From assembly GCA_950097015.1 (NCBI GenBank), contig CATNEN010000029.1:3410001-3474000 (forward strand): 64,000 bases of DNA, read 5' to 3'. This DNA is from Macrostomum hystrix. Taxonomy: Eukaryota > Animalia > Platyhelminthes. Below are positions 28,264 to 41,200 of the stretch, piece after piece. Positions within the stretch are counted from its first letter, which is position 1; every line of letters starts with the position of its first letter. The notes under the pieces were generated by a model. The model made no database searches. It worked only from the letters and a program-made list of their open reading frames with translations, and had not been told where the DNA came from. The translations under genes and the position numbers were made by a program.

Positions 28264-31044
28264 TCAAGCAGACTAACTGCATCTGGCGCAATCTCTCCCT
28301 CCTGTTCTCCAGCTACTTGTCTTTTGTAATCTCATCTAAAATTCTATATTTACGGAAGATTTCATTGCAAGTATATACAATAGAATAAAAATTTAGTGCT
28401 GTTGTGATCAACTTTATAGCTTCTTTGGTTGTGTAGTGATATTTTCGTGGCGTTTGCTTATTAGAATAACTAGTATTCAATAATCGCAAAAGCCGTAAAA
28501 GTCGGTAACAATAGCTTCTATAATAAAATAATTTTTTGGTGGAATTTTTTCCTCGTAGAAAGTACGAGCGTAATACACTGCATAAATCGTTTGTAATGGT
28601 CAACTTGTATCTATATAGATATTTTTTAAGTTTTATAATTGTGTGATTACTTTAATTATTATTGTATGTGAGTTAATTTGCAATAGTAGCTTTCCTGTAC
28701 TAATAGTAGTTTTCTACCTATCCCCACAGTCACCGAATGACAATGCGTGAATCTCTCTCCTTAAAAAGCACGTATTTTGAAAAGTGTAAAAATACTTATG
28801 CATGGAATGTAAATTCATTATGATTAGCGAGAACCCATTATCGCTGTCCTTCTAAGAAAAAATCAAATTATCTAGATTTTAAAGTTTTGTGAGCATAACC
28901 GGGAAAATTTATTAGCCTATGTACAAGTTCAAGAAACGATTCGCAGCCTCCAAAGAGGCGTTTTTGCACATTATTCTGTTGCGGCACTATTATCTATAGC
29001 CTGGAATAAATTAAGAGCCGTTAAAAAGCTTTACTTGCAGCACTGTGAAAAAAATCGAGGCATAAAACGCGGTGGTTTGTTTGCTTCGATTCTGCTTCGA
29101 TTGTTTTCCGTGTGGAAAAGGAACAGTCTTGAATAATTACGTGCTGTGGTGCTGTATATTTATATTCGTGTTAATAGAACATTCCGGAATCCGGAAAGTT
29201 CGAGAATTAGCTCGTAGTTACCGTCATGGGGTGCGCCTCGAAATACCGAATATAGTAAGTGAAGAAAATCAATTACAAGCAACCAACCAACCAACCATTT
29301 CATTTTTAGTATATAATGTTTAGCAAAAAACGCGATCAAATTTGGTTGAGGCATTTAGCCTGTGTATCGAAATTCCACAGACAGACAGACTTTAGAGATT
29401 TAGTATAGTTGGATATTGCAAGCGCGGAAGTTTCTGTAATACAAGTACTGTATCACATGCTATCTTAAACCGTGCACGCACGAGTTTAGTTGGAGAACTT
29501 TCTAGAAAATGAAGATTTAAACATGTCATAGAATAGGCCTATCATAGTAAACATAAATACGCCACAACGGCAATGTTCTACTTCCGTTCGTATTTATGTT
29601 TTCGTATTCGTTTTCGTTTTAGTTTTCGTATTTATCAAGAAAACTTATATATAATACGATGAATACGCTACATAGGCCTACTCTTGCATTGGCATTCTTT
29701 TTTTAGTTTTGGTGACTTAATTAGCATGACATCTGCTGTACTTTAGGTTAGAATAGCCGACGGAGCTCGATCCTATATAGCTGAGCTATTATGATTGAAA
29801 GAAACTAAATTGATCTTAGTTTAAATTACTTTACAACTATCTCTTAAATTTTAGGTACTAAAACTTCTCTTTGTGTGCTCAGATTGGCTCAGATCTTATG
29901 TTATATTCTTTTAGGGCATATCCTCTTAAAACCTGTAAAACTGTTGGGCCTACAAATTTAAGTAGGCCTAGGCCTAGGCCCAACAGTTTTTAAGCTAATT
30001 TAAGTTCTTTCAAACATTTTCGATTATAATAATTTTGATAAAAACTATTGTAGCTGTATGTATAGGATTTGAAATTTGCAAATAATGAAATAGAGAAAAG
30101 GAAAGTAAGTGTTGATTTTTTGCTAAACAGCAAAGTTAATTTCTACAAAAACATTCAGGGGAAGTGGCAGGGTCAAAATGAGATCAGTCGCCCACCCAAC
30201 CAATTATAATGCGCCAGTGGGGTATGAAAGTCACTTGGGTTAGGTTTGTTAAACATGCAACAGCCAGTCAGATTTAAAAGAAAAAAATTTGGTAGGCTTA
30301 CAAAAAGTGGGTGATGCAGAGAAAAACTAAGAAAAGAGAAGAAAGGGACAAAGAAGAACATGGAAAAGAGAAAGTACTGTTAGGCCTAGGCCCCTATGCT
30401 ATACTTGATATATATAATATTCTCAGCCTTGAACTAAGGAATAAATTTTTTATTTTTAGTTTTTGTTGTTGTTAAGAAATTACAATTTATAGGCCTATAT
30501 GCTTTTATATATACTAGATTGACTTGCTATATGCCATATATATATAGGCCTATATTTATTCTTGGCCCTACCTATCCTAAGGATAGACAGATGTACTATA
30601 AACATGTGGCTAATATGAATATAAATATTTGTAGTAAGAAATAAATTAAATATAAATTCCAAATACCAAATACTTTCTAAGTGCTAACTAATATATTGCT
30701 AGTTGTCTGTTTTCTTTTAGCTTGATTAAAGTGTATACACTTTAAATAAAAATATTTAATAGCACACTGTAGTTATGCTTTGTTGTTAAAATAATCACAG
30801 CTTTTGGATGCCTACCCAGTTTGGAACAGCATTTAGCTCATTATCTATAAGTGTTCAGAATACATAAAATTATGTTTATGCACACTAGTAAGCCAAATAG
30901 CTAGATTGTAGTGGAGAATTTCAAGTTTAAGTATTAATCGATTTAAAGAAACTTCATCTGTTTAGAAAGAATATGTATGTAAATGTCTTAGCACTTTAAT
31001 CGACCCTTTCCAAACTTGAGCAAAAGTACAATTTTTCACTTCAG

Positions 31045-33017
31045 CCATTTCTAAGACTTCCAAGCTATCTGACATCCTTGCCATCGGCCACAGCCAAGCT
31101 AGCAGTTCTCCAGCTAGCCACTCTCACAGTTGCCAACGCTAGTATCTCATCATCGGCTGGTTGGAGTTCACAGTCTGCCAGCTGCTTCCAGCCCGCCATG
31201 CTGGTGTCGCCAGACAAAGCCCTGCCAGGCCGACCAACCCCCATGCCAGTGTCCGGCGTCCACGCCGTGCTGAAGAGTGCCACAGTGCCGCCATTCCCCG
31301 CTGACACTCGGAGCATTGTGTTTGGCCTTGGCTGCTATTGGGGCGCTGAGCGACTATTCTGGCGAATGAAGGGCGTCTTCTCAACCCAGGTGATTTTTTG
31401 GGGAATTGAGATCATAGTTTGGGATGTACTTTAAGTAGTCTATGGGCAATCCAAAAGGGCTAAAAACGAAAACGCAAGTATGTTCCAAACTAAGTTTTCA
31501 GATCAATTGCGCATTTGTAGAGGGTAAACCGCGTGAGTAACTATGCTTTTATACTCGTTGTTGAAGGCCTCGCCATCTAATTAGGAAGTCTTTCGTCCTC
31601 TCGTACCTACGTACGAGAAATTTTACTGTTACCTACTGTCGTGAAATTAAGAGAACTAATACATTTTAGGCTGGCCTAGAGGTAGCCAATGGAGAGAAGA
31701 GAAGCGAAAGTGAAATGCAGTCTGGAGGGCGGTTGGCGATGATAAGACTCGGCTAGGGTAAGATAAAGAGGCTAGAGGGTGAGAGGAGGACCAATCAGAA
31801 GGCGGCGGAAAGAGATTAAAGGTAGAGCGAGGTGAGAACTGACTGTGAAGAATCGAAGGTAAACAGACGAGAGTGCAGAGGCATGAAAGTCGCGGCACCT
31901 ACGCTGCGTTTCATCGCTTCTTAGAAGCAAGAAATCAATGCTACAGTCATTTCTAAAATGTTTCTGCAGGTCGGCTTTGCTGGCGGTTACACGCCGAATC
32001 CCACCTACAAGGAGGTGTGCACGGGTCGGACCGGACACGCCGAAGTTGTCCGAGTTGTCTACCGCCCGGCGGAACTGACGCTACAAAGCCTGCTTAAAGC
32101 CTTCTGGGAGAGTCACGATCCTACTCAGGTGAGGCTAGGACAGATTCTCAGCTGGAATCTGCTGATTCTCGCCGAAGTCACGAGCTGCATTTACTACATT
32201 CTACTTCAATTGGAATCCGCCGAAGATGAGTTCATGAACCGCAGTCGGTAGATTCTACTTCAATTGGAATCCGCCGAAGATGAGTTCATAAACCGCAGTC
32301 GGTAGATTCCTATTCGATTGCAATCCACCGAAGATGAGTTCATGAACCGCTGTCGGTAGATTCTTATTCGATTGGAATCCGCCGAAGATGAGTTCATAAA
32401 CCGCATTCGGTAGATTCCGAAGATCACGAATAATAAGAACTTATACGATTGGAATCCGACGAAGATTAGTTCATGAACCGCTGTCGGTAGATTCTTATTC
32501 GATTGGAATCCGACGAAAATGGGTTCATGAACCACTTTCAGTCGAATCTTATACGATTGGAATCCGCCGAAGATGAGTTCATGAACCACTTTCAGTCGAA
32601 TCTTATACGATTGGAATCCGCCGAAGATGAGTTCATGAACCGCTGTCGATCCTAATAAAGTAATAAATGAGAAAACTTGTAGAGTTGTTTAGTTTTCAAA
32701 AGTTAACACCATAAGTTGCTTTGTTCCGTGCGTAGGGCATGCGGCAGGGCAATGATATTGGCACCCAGTACCGGTCGGCTATTTACTTCACGGACGAGTC
32801 GGAGGCTGCTGTAATCAACGAATCGGCTCGCGCCTACGCCGACGCCCTGACAGCCAATGGGAAACTGCGGGCTGGAGGCTCCGTGACCACGGAGATCGCT
32901 CCGCTGAAGGAGTTCTATTACGCCGAAGACGATCACCAGCAGTATCTACACAAGCACCCGGACGGCTACTGCGGTCTGAAGGGCACCGGCGTCGCCTGCC
33001 CAATGCCCAAGAAGTGA
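31045..33017 (+). CDS. MSRA: Peptide-methionine (S)-S-oxide reductase MsrA
   Basis: Exons 31045(acceptor; first in-frame ATG 31198)-31389, 31970-32128, 32736-33017. Motifs: GCYWGAE, GFAGG...PTYKEVC...[52 protein letters not shown]. Confidence 0.95.
32190..32645. repeat. About 54-bp minisatellite in MSRA intron 2
   Basis: TTGGAATCCGCCGAAGATGAGTTCATGAACC units. Confidence 0.88.
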
Positions 33018-33470
33018 CCTGGAATCCCAACAATAAACTAGAATCATATCTATGAACTGGAATCCCATCTATGAACTGAAATCCCATCTATGACCTGGAA
33101 TCATATCTATGAACTGGAATCCCAACAGTAAACTAGAATCATATCTATGAACTGGAATCCCATCTATGAACTGGAATCCCAACAATAAACTAGAATCATA
33201 TCTATGAACTGGAATCCCATCTATGAACTGGAATCCCATCTATGAACTGGAATCCCATCTATGAACTGGAATCCCATCTATGAACTTGAATCCCATCTAT
33301 GAACTGAAATCCCATCTATGAACTGGAATCCGATCTATGAACTGGAATCCTATCTATGACCTAGAATCCCATCCATGAACTGGAATCCCATCTTTGACCT
33401 AGAATCCCATCTATGAACTGGAATCCTATCTATGAAATAGAATCCCATGTATGGCCTAGAATCCCATCTA
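33015..33470. repeat. 19-bp minisatellite (ATCTATGAACTGGAATCCC)n starting at the MSRA stop codon
   Basis: The first unit TGACCTGGAATCCC begins with the TGA stop at 33015-33017. Confidence 0.9.
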
Positions 33471-34074
33471 GAAAATATATATCATGAACTTGTTTGATTG
33501 AGACTGAACCTGATGATTTTAGCTCATACGTATAAAGCGTTCGTCTATTTTTCACTGATTGCTCATATTTTATTCAGAAATTCCGACATTCATGATATCA
33601 GAGTCATAATGTCGAAGTGGTGTTTGAGGCTAGCATTGCTTTTGCCGAAAAGTGTTATTTTTTAGTACATCTAACTTTAAAATACAAAATTTTGACATGT
33701 TGAGTTTGAAAAAACGAGAAATAATTTTTACCAATAACTTTTCTGCTGACTCAGCAAATTCATTTAAAAATTTTTCGTGAGTTCTTAACTTTTTAAGGTT
33801 TAGTTTTACAAAGACGTCAGTAATTATGCGCTGCGCTATCTTTGTACCAACGAAAGCGGAACAGACAATACATAGAGGGCATCATTGAAAGCGACAGATA
33901 TTTATTTTCTAACTCGAAGAATTAAAAGACAATAATGTACAACTACGGGCAAGTTTTCGTACTATAGAGATGCAAGCATAGGTAATGCACAGCGAAATGG
34001 CAGCAGCACTGGGACTGGCTTATATTGAATCACACTCTCCATGCACTATTATCACACCCTCCCTGATCTCAAAT

Positions 34075-35815
34075 CACACTGCCCTATCTCAAATCACTCA
34101 GCCCTAACTCTAATCACTCAGCCCTATCTCTAATCACTCAGCCCTATCTCTAATCACTCAGCCCTATCTCTAATCACTCAGCCCTATCTCTAATCACACT
34201 GCCCTATCTCTAATCACTCAGCCCTATCTCTAATCACTCAGCCCTATCTCTAATCACTCAGCCCTATCTCTAATCACACTGCCCTATCTCTAATCACTCA
34301 GCCCTATCTCTAATCACTCAGCCCTATCTCTAATCACTCAGCCCTATCTCTAATCACTCAGCCCTATCTCTAATCACACTGCCCTATCTCTAATCACTCA
34401 GCCCTATCTCTAATCACTCAGCCCTATCTCTAATCACTCAGCCCTATCTCAAATCACTCAGCCCTATCTCTAATCACCTAGCCCTATCTCTAAGCACTCA
34501 GCCCTATCTCAAATCACTCAGCCCTATCTCTAATCACACTGCCCTATCTCAAATCACTCAGCCCTATCTCTAATCACCTAGCCCTATCTCTAATCACTCA
34601 GCCCTATCTCTAATCACTCAGCCCTATCTCTAATCACCTAGCCCTATCTCTAATCACTCAGCCCTATCTCTAATCACTCAGCCCTATCTCTAATCACCTA
34701 GCCCTATCTCTAATCACTCAGCCCTATCTCTAATCACTCAGCCCTATCTCTAATCACTCAGCCCTATCTCTAATCACTCAGCGCTATCTCTAATCACTCA
34801 GCCCTATCTCTAATCACTCAGCCCTATCTCTAATCACCTAGCCCTATCTCTAATCACTCAGCCCTATCTCTAATCACCTAGCCATATCTCTAATCACTCA
34901 GCCCTATCTCTAATCACCTAGCCCTATCTCTAATCACTCAGCCCTATCTCTAATCACTCAGCCCTATCTCTAAGCACTCAGCCCTATCTCTAATCACTCA
35001 GCCCTATCTCTAATCACACTGCCCTATCTCAAATCACTCAGCCCTATCTCTAATCACTCAGCCCTATTTCTAAGCACTCAGCCCTATCTCAAATCACTCA
35101 GCCCTATCTCAAATCACTCAGCCCTATCTCTAAGCACTCAGCCCTATCTCAAATCACTCAGCCCTATCTCTAATCACACTGCCCTATCTCTAATCACACT
35201 GCCCTATCTCTAATCACTCAGCCCTATCTCTAATCACACTGCCCTATCTCAAATCACTCAGCCCTATCTCTAATCACCTAGCCCTATCTCTAATCACTCA
35301 GCCCTATCTCTAATCACTCAGCCCTAACTCTAATCACTCAGCCCTATCTCTAAGCACTCAGCCCTATCTCTAATCACTCAGCCCTATCTCTAATCACTCA
35401 GCCCTATCTCTAATCACTCAGCCCTATCTCTAATCACTCAGCCCTAACTCTAATCACTCAGCCCTATCTCTAATCACACTGCCCTATCTCAAATCACTCA
35501 GCCCTATCTCTAATCACTCAGCCCTATCTCTAATCACCTAGCCCTATCTCTAATCACACTGCCCTATCTCAAATCACTCAGCCCTATCTCTAATCACTCA
35601 GCCATATCTCTAATCACTCAGCCCTATCTCAAATCACTCAGCCCTATCTCTAAACACTCAGCCCTATCTCTAAACACTCAGCCCTATCTCTAATCACTCA
35701 GCCCTATCTCTAATCACTCAGCCCTATCTCTAAACACTCAGCCCTATCTCTAAACACTCAGCCCTATCTCTAAACACTCAGCCCTATCTCTAAACACTCA
35801 GCCCTATCTAAAATC
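34075..35815. repeat. 20-bp satellite (GCCCTATCTCTAATCACTCA)n
   Basis: About 85 copies between the MSRA and coiled-coil gene 3' ends. Confidence 0.97.
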
Positions 35816-35861
35816 ACTATTAGCTCGATCTCTAATCACCCTCCCAGACCGCTAATCCTCT

Positions 35862-38087
35862 CTAATCCCGGGCCTTCTTGCCGCCCGTGCAGGTGGTGGT
35901 GCGAAGCCTTCCACGCAGTCGCTCATTCTCCTCGCGCAGTGCGGCCACTTCGCGCTTGACCGCCACGAATTCTCGGAAATTGGCGTCGCCTGATTCTCGC
36001 GCTGACGCCTGCTGCTGCTGTTGCTGCGAGGTTGCCGGCGACGACTGCTGCTGACGTCGGGCCGTAGCTCGGAGTGCTTCGATTTCCGACTCTAGAGCCG
36101 CGTTTTCGGCCGCCAAGCGCGACTCGTTGCGGCGTGCCTCGGCCAGTCGCCGCTCCGATTCCGCCAGCAGTTTTTCCAGCTGATCGGCGCGTGCGAGCAG
36201 CTCCTCCAGCTGGTGCTGGACGGCGTCCAGCTGGCGCTGCCGCTCCGTCTCGGCCTTGCTATCGGCCTCGCGATCGCGAGTCAGCTGCTCCAGTCGGAGC
36301 CGCAGCTCGGCACATTTTTGCCGCTCTGCGCTGAGCTCGTGTTGGACGGCCTGCGGTTTTGGGATCGTTAGCCTGCACTATAAACTATTTTCTATGGCGA
36401 TTCCCGTTCTAAAATATGCTTTTGGGACGATTCCCATTCTAAAATATGCTTCTGGGACGATTCCCATTCTAAAATATGCTTCTGGGACGATTCCCATTCT
36501 AAAATATGCTTCTGGGACGATTCCCATTCTAAAATATGCTTCTGGGACGATCCTCATTGTGACATTAGCTTTTGTGACGATTCCCATTCTAAGGACGATC
36601 CTCATTGTGACATTAGCTTTTGTGACGATTCCCATTCTAAGGATGATTCTGATTGTGACATTAGCTTTTGGGACGATTCCCATTCGCAAACAATAGAATT
36701 CAGCACAGAGAATTTCCCTGGTCGTTCAACTCCTTTACTCAGTTGAAAACTGGCAGCCCCACTCACCTGCTCCTCCCGCCGGCGCTCCTCCGCCGCGGTC
36801 AGCGCACGCCTCGCCGCGTCCCTCTCGCCAACGGCGGACGCCACCGCCGCCTCCAGCGCCGAGGCCCGCTCCGCCTCAGCCGTCAGCGCCTCCGCTTGCT
36901 GGCCGACTCTTGCCTCCAGCCGGGCTGCCAACTCATCATGGTCGCGCAGCGCCAGCTGAAGCTTCAGCAGCTCCGCCTGCTCTTGCTGCCTGGTGGCGTA
37001 CCAGGCGCGCTCCGCGTCCGCCCGGTCCTGCAGCAGGGCGGCCACCTCACGCCCGTGCTGCTCGGACAGCCGCTTGGCTACCTCGTCAACCCGCTGGTTG
37101 CACAGTTCCTGCAATGAAGGCCGTCAGGGGCGCTGACTGGGTATTAAATGTTCACTACCCCGATCCTTCAGCTACTCCTTCCCCATCCTTCAGCTACTCC
37201 TTCCCCATCCTTCAGCTACTACTTCCCCATCCTTCAGCTACTACTTCCCCATCCTTCAGCTACTCCTTCCCCATCCTTCAGCTACTCCTTCCCCATCCTT
37301 CAGCCACTCCTTCTCCCATCCATTCAACTAGCCTTGTGTTTCAACCAGCAGCGGCTCACCTGCATCTCTTTAAGTCTCCGCTGTGCCTCATCCTCCATCT
37401 GCTGCCGCAGGTTCTTGGACGCATCAGCGCCAGCCAGCTGGTCCTCCAGTGTCCGCACCGCTGCCTTGAGTTCCCTATTCTGGCGAGTAATCTCCTGGGC
37501 AAACTCAAGCGTCTCCAGGTGTCGCCTAGTGAGCCGTTCATCAATGTCAGAGTCCACGCCCCGCTGGCCCGGGCTGCGCGCATTTGTATTGTAGCAGTTC
37601 TGCATGTCCAGCCGGGTATCAAAGCTTCGTGATCCGGGCCCGCACTCTCACTCTAGCTGCAGATGCGGGATTTGCTGGCCTATTGTGACAAGTATTGGCG
37701 CGCTTTACAGTAAGCTACCGCCCCACCAGGGGCCTTCCTTCCACTTGACTGGGCATCCCAGACTAGCACAACTGGCTGACAAATATGACACGATGTCGCT
37801 GAGAATTTAGCGCAGTGCAGATTAAGTAGAATTTAGAAACATAGAAAAACGGTAAGAGATGTTTCCTCATAGTGTCAGCCTCAGCGGAGTACGGTTTGCC
37901 CAAGCCTCCACTTTGCTTTGCTGGCGAGAAAGAAAGAGAGAAAGAAATAGAGAGAGAGCTCTCGGTTAGAACCACACCAGTACCCATTATTTCACCTGCC
38001 AATAGGACATGTTCTTATCTGTACGCGGGGGTTGGGCGGCCGTGGCGTGAGGGGTTGAGCAGTGTACGGCTGGGTGTACTCGGCCAT
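35862..38087 (-). CDS. Coiled-coil protein of unknown family, multi-exon; 5' exon junctions uncertain
   Basis: Clear in-frame exons: ~37640-37360, 37108-36767, 36350-35862 (heptad-rich, E/R/Q/A). Candidate first exon 38087-37996 (MAEYTQPY...CAG|GTGAAA). The link through 37799-37640 could not be resolved with strong splice sites. Confidence 0.7.
36400..36690. repeat. Compound 30-bp minisatellite (GGGACGATTCCCATTCTAAAATATGCTTCT)
   Basis: Intron 36351-36766. Confidence 0.85.
37165..37320. repeat. 22-bp minisatellite (CCCCATCCTTCAGCTACTCCTT)n
   Basis: Intron 37109-37359. Confidence 0.88.
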
Positions 38088-38256
38088 GCAGTTTGCTGCC
38101 ATGACAACCAGAGTGGAAGAGAGAGCTATTTTCTGTCTCTCTCTCGTAGTCCACTGGGTTTGCTTGCATAAAGTCTCGCTTAAATAGCTGTTTTATAGTT
38201 TCGTAATAAGTAGATTATTGCAGCCTTCCGCTGACATCATTCGACATTCAGCAGTC

Positions 38257-41200
38257 ATGCCGAAAGGCAAAAAAAGCGGCGGCAAGAAGGGGGGCAAAAA
38301 AGGCGGCAAGAAGTCAAAGAAGGCCAAGGAGCCGGGAATGACAGCTGCCGAGGCCATCTGGGACTACAAGATCAAGCTGCAGGAGCGGGAGCTGGAAGAG
38401 ATCGCGTTTCAGGTGAGTGACTGGCTCTGTGGCAATCAGACCTTGTCATTTCTAGATTTATACATATCTCAGACATCCAATATCTAGGGACATCAACTAT
38501 AGCCTAGCAGTGTCATCAAATATCTAGGGATGCGAATCTACTACTTGGAGATGGTATCCAGTATCTAGGGACAAGGCAACAGTAGTCTAGTGTTGGATCA
38601 AGCAAACCCAGAATAGGCTATCCACAGCTCTTGTTGCGACCCAACCGACATTGGCTCAGGTGAAGGGCCAGCAGGAGATGAGGGAGCGAAACCTGGAGCG
38701 GAACAAGCGTCTAGCTGAAGAACGCGAGGCCTACATGCGGATGCTGCTGAAGCGGCTTCAGGAGCAGGAGAAGAAGGACTCCGAGCACTTCACCGACAAG
38801 CCGGAAGTCGTGTCCGCAATGCAAGAGAATTGGCGACTGGAACAGCAGGTGACTTTCCCAGACTGCTAACACCTTGGCTAATCCCTGATGGTAGCTTGAC
38901 TACTCCCTGTTGGTCCTTCGGTAACTTGACTACTCCATGTTGGTCCTTCGGTAACTTGACTACTCCCTGTTGGTCCTTCGGTAGCTTGGCTAATCTCAGT
39001 TGGTCCTTCGGTAGCTTGGCTAATCTCAGTTGGTCCTTCGGTAGCTTGGCTAATCTCAGTTGGTCCTTCGGTAGCTTGACTAATCTCTGTTGGTCCTTCG
39101 GTAGCTTGACTAATCTCTGTTGGTCCTTCGGTAGCTTGGCTAATCTGAGTTGGTCCTTCGGTAGCTTGACTAATCTCTGTTGGTCCTTCGGTAGCTTGGC
39201 TAATCTGAGTTGGTCCTTCGGTAGCTTGGCTAATCTCAGTTGGTCCTTCGGTAGCTTGACTAATCTCTGTTGGTCCTTCGGTAGCTTGGCTAATCTCAGT
39301 TGGTCCTTCGGTAACTTGACTACTCCCTGTTGGTCCTTCGGTAACTTGACTACTCCCTGTTGGTCCTTCGGTAACTTGACTACTCCCTGTTGGTCCTTCG
39401 GTAGCTTGGCTAATCTCAGTTGGTCCTTCGGTAGCTTGACTAATCTCAGTTGGTCCTTCGGTAGCTTGACTAATCTCTGTTGGTCCTTCGGTCGCTTGAC
39501 TAATCCCTGTTGGTCTTTCGGTAGCTTGACTGTCCACCATGCTCATGTAGCTTCAAGGGATCTGGTCACATTGCTCTCTGGCCCACATTGTCATTCAGGA
39601 GCGTGAAGAAATCCGCAGCCTTCGCCAGGAGATCGAGCGCACCTTGTCTGACACGGCAGCCACCAGATCGGAGATCGCCACCTGGCGAGACTTCCGCGAC
39701 CGAGGCCAGGTTGAGCAGCAGACGAGCGTGCGCCTGCTGAGGCAGGAGGTGCGGGACATTGACGAAACCTTTCGCTCCATGTGCGAATACCTGGAGAGGA
39801 AGACCCGCCAGGACCGGGACCGCATCCAGACCACCACTGACGCAGCGCTGGAGGACCAGAAGAGTCGAGCCACCGACACGGCGGTGCAGCAGCTCGATAA
39901 GAACACCAAACAGGTGCGGCTTTTAATGATGAAGTAATCAAGGTAGAAGTGAGAAAGGGAGAGGGTGAGGAAGGGAGAGGGTGAGGAAGGGAGAGTGTGA
40001 GGAAGAGAGAGGGTGAGGAAGAGAGAGGGTGAGGAAGGGAGAGTGTGAGGAAGAGAGAGGGTGAGGAAGGGAGAGGGTGAGGAAGGGAGAGTGTGAGGAA
40101 GAGAGAGGGTGAGGAAGGGAGAGTGTGAGGAAGAGAGAGGGTGAGGAAGGGAGAGTGTGAGGAAGAGAGAGGGTGAGGAAGGGAGAGGGTGAGGAAGGGA
40201 GAGGGTGAGGAAGGGAGAGGGTGAGGAAGGGAGAGTGTGAGGAAGGGAGAGGGTGAGGAAGGGAGAGTGTGAGGAAGAGAGAGGGTGAGGAAGGGAGAGT
40301 GTGAGGAAGAGAGAGGGTGAGGAAGGGAGAGGGTGAGGAAGGGAGAGGGTGAGGAAGAGAGAGGGTGAGGAAGAGAGAGGGTGAGGAAGGGAGAGTGTGA
40401 GGAAGAGAGAGGGTGAGGAAGGGAGAGTGTGAGGAAGAGAGAGGGTGAGGAAGGGAGAGGGTGAGGAAGGGAGAGTGTGAGGAAGAGAGAGGGTGAGGAA
40501 GGGAGAGTGTGAGGAAGAGAGAGGGTGAGGAAGGGAGAGTGTGAGGAAGAGAGAGGGTGAGGAAGGGAGAGGGTGAGGAAGGGAGAGGGTGAGGAAGGGA
40601 GAGTGTGAGGAAGAGAGAGGGTGAGGAAGGGAGAGGGTGAGGAAGGGAGAGGGTGAGGAAGGGAGAGTGTGAGGAAGAGAGAGGGTGAGGAAGGGAGAGG
40701 GTGAGGGAGAGTGTGAGGAAGAGAGAGGGTGAGGAAGGGAGAGTGTGAGGAAGAGAGAGGGTGAGGAAGGGAGAGGGTGAGGAAGGGAGAGGGTGAGGAA
40801 GGGAGAGGGTGAGGAAGGGAGAGGGTGAGGAAGGGAGAGGGTGAGGAAGGGAGAGGGTGAGGAAAGGAGAGGGTGACGAAGGGAGAGGGTGACGAAGGGA
40901 GAGGGTGAGGAAGGGAGAGGGTGAGGAAAAGAGGTCATACAGTGATCAAGGGAGACAGAAGAAGGGGTGGAGAGAGTGAGGCAGGGAAACAGTTAGAGGG
41001 GCCTGGGTGAAGAAATTTCGGCAGAGAGACTAATAAAGTAACACAGATGCCAAATAATTGGTTAAAGAGTGCCCTGAGAATAGGAGCGCCTCCTAGTGAA
41101 GATCCTTATGAATCGATCTTACTGTCTGCTGATTGGCCCTCTTAACTCACCAAACTAACTGAAAATGCCGCCTTATTTAGGAGCTGGTGGACAACAGCTG

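Noticed and set aside
31325-31345. Selenocysteine-type MsrA
   Set aside because: The catalytic residue is a TGC Cys codon and there is no in-frame TGA in the CDS.
39595-40938. 447-aa ORF, plus similar long ORFs at 11995, 19907-20549, 20927-21664, 26670-27283, 38830-39606, 56268-57137 and 63098-63847
   Set aside because: All are read-throughs of intronic minisatellites; the genuine exons they overlap are accounted for in spliced gene models.
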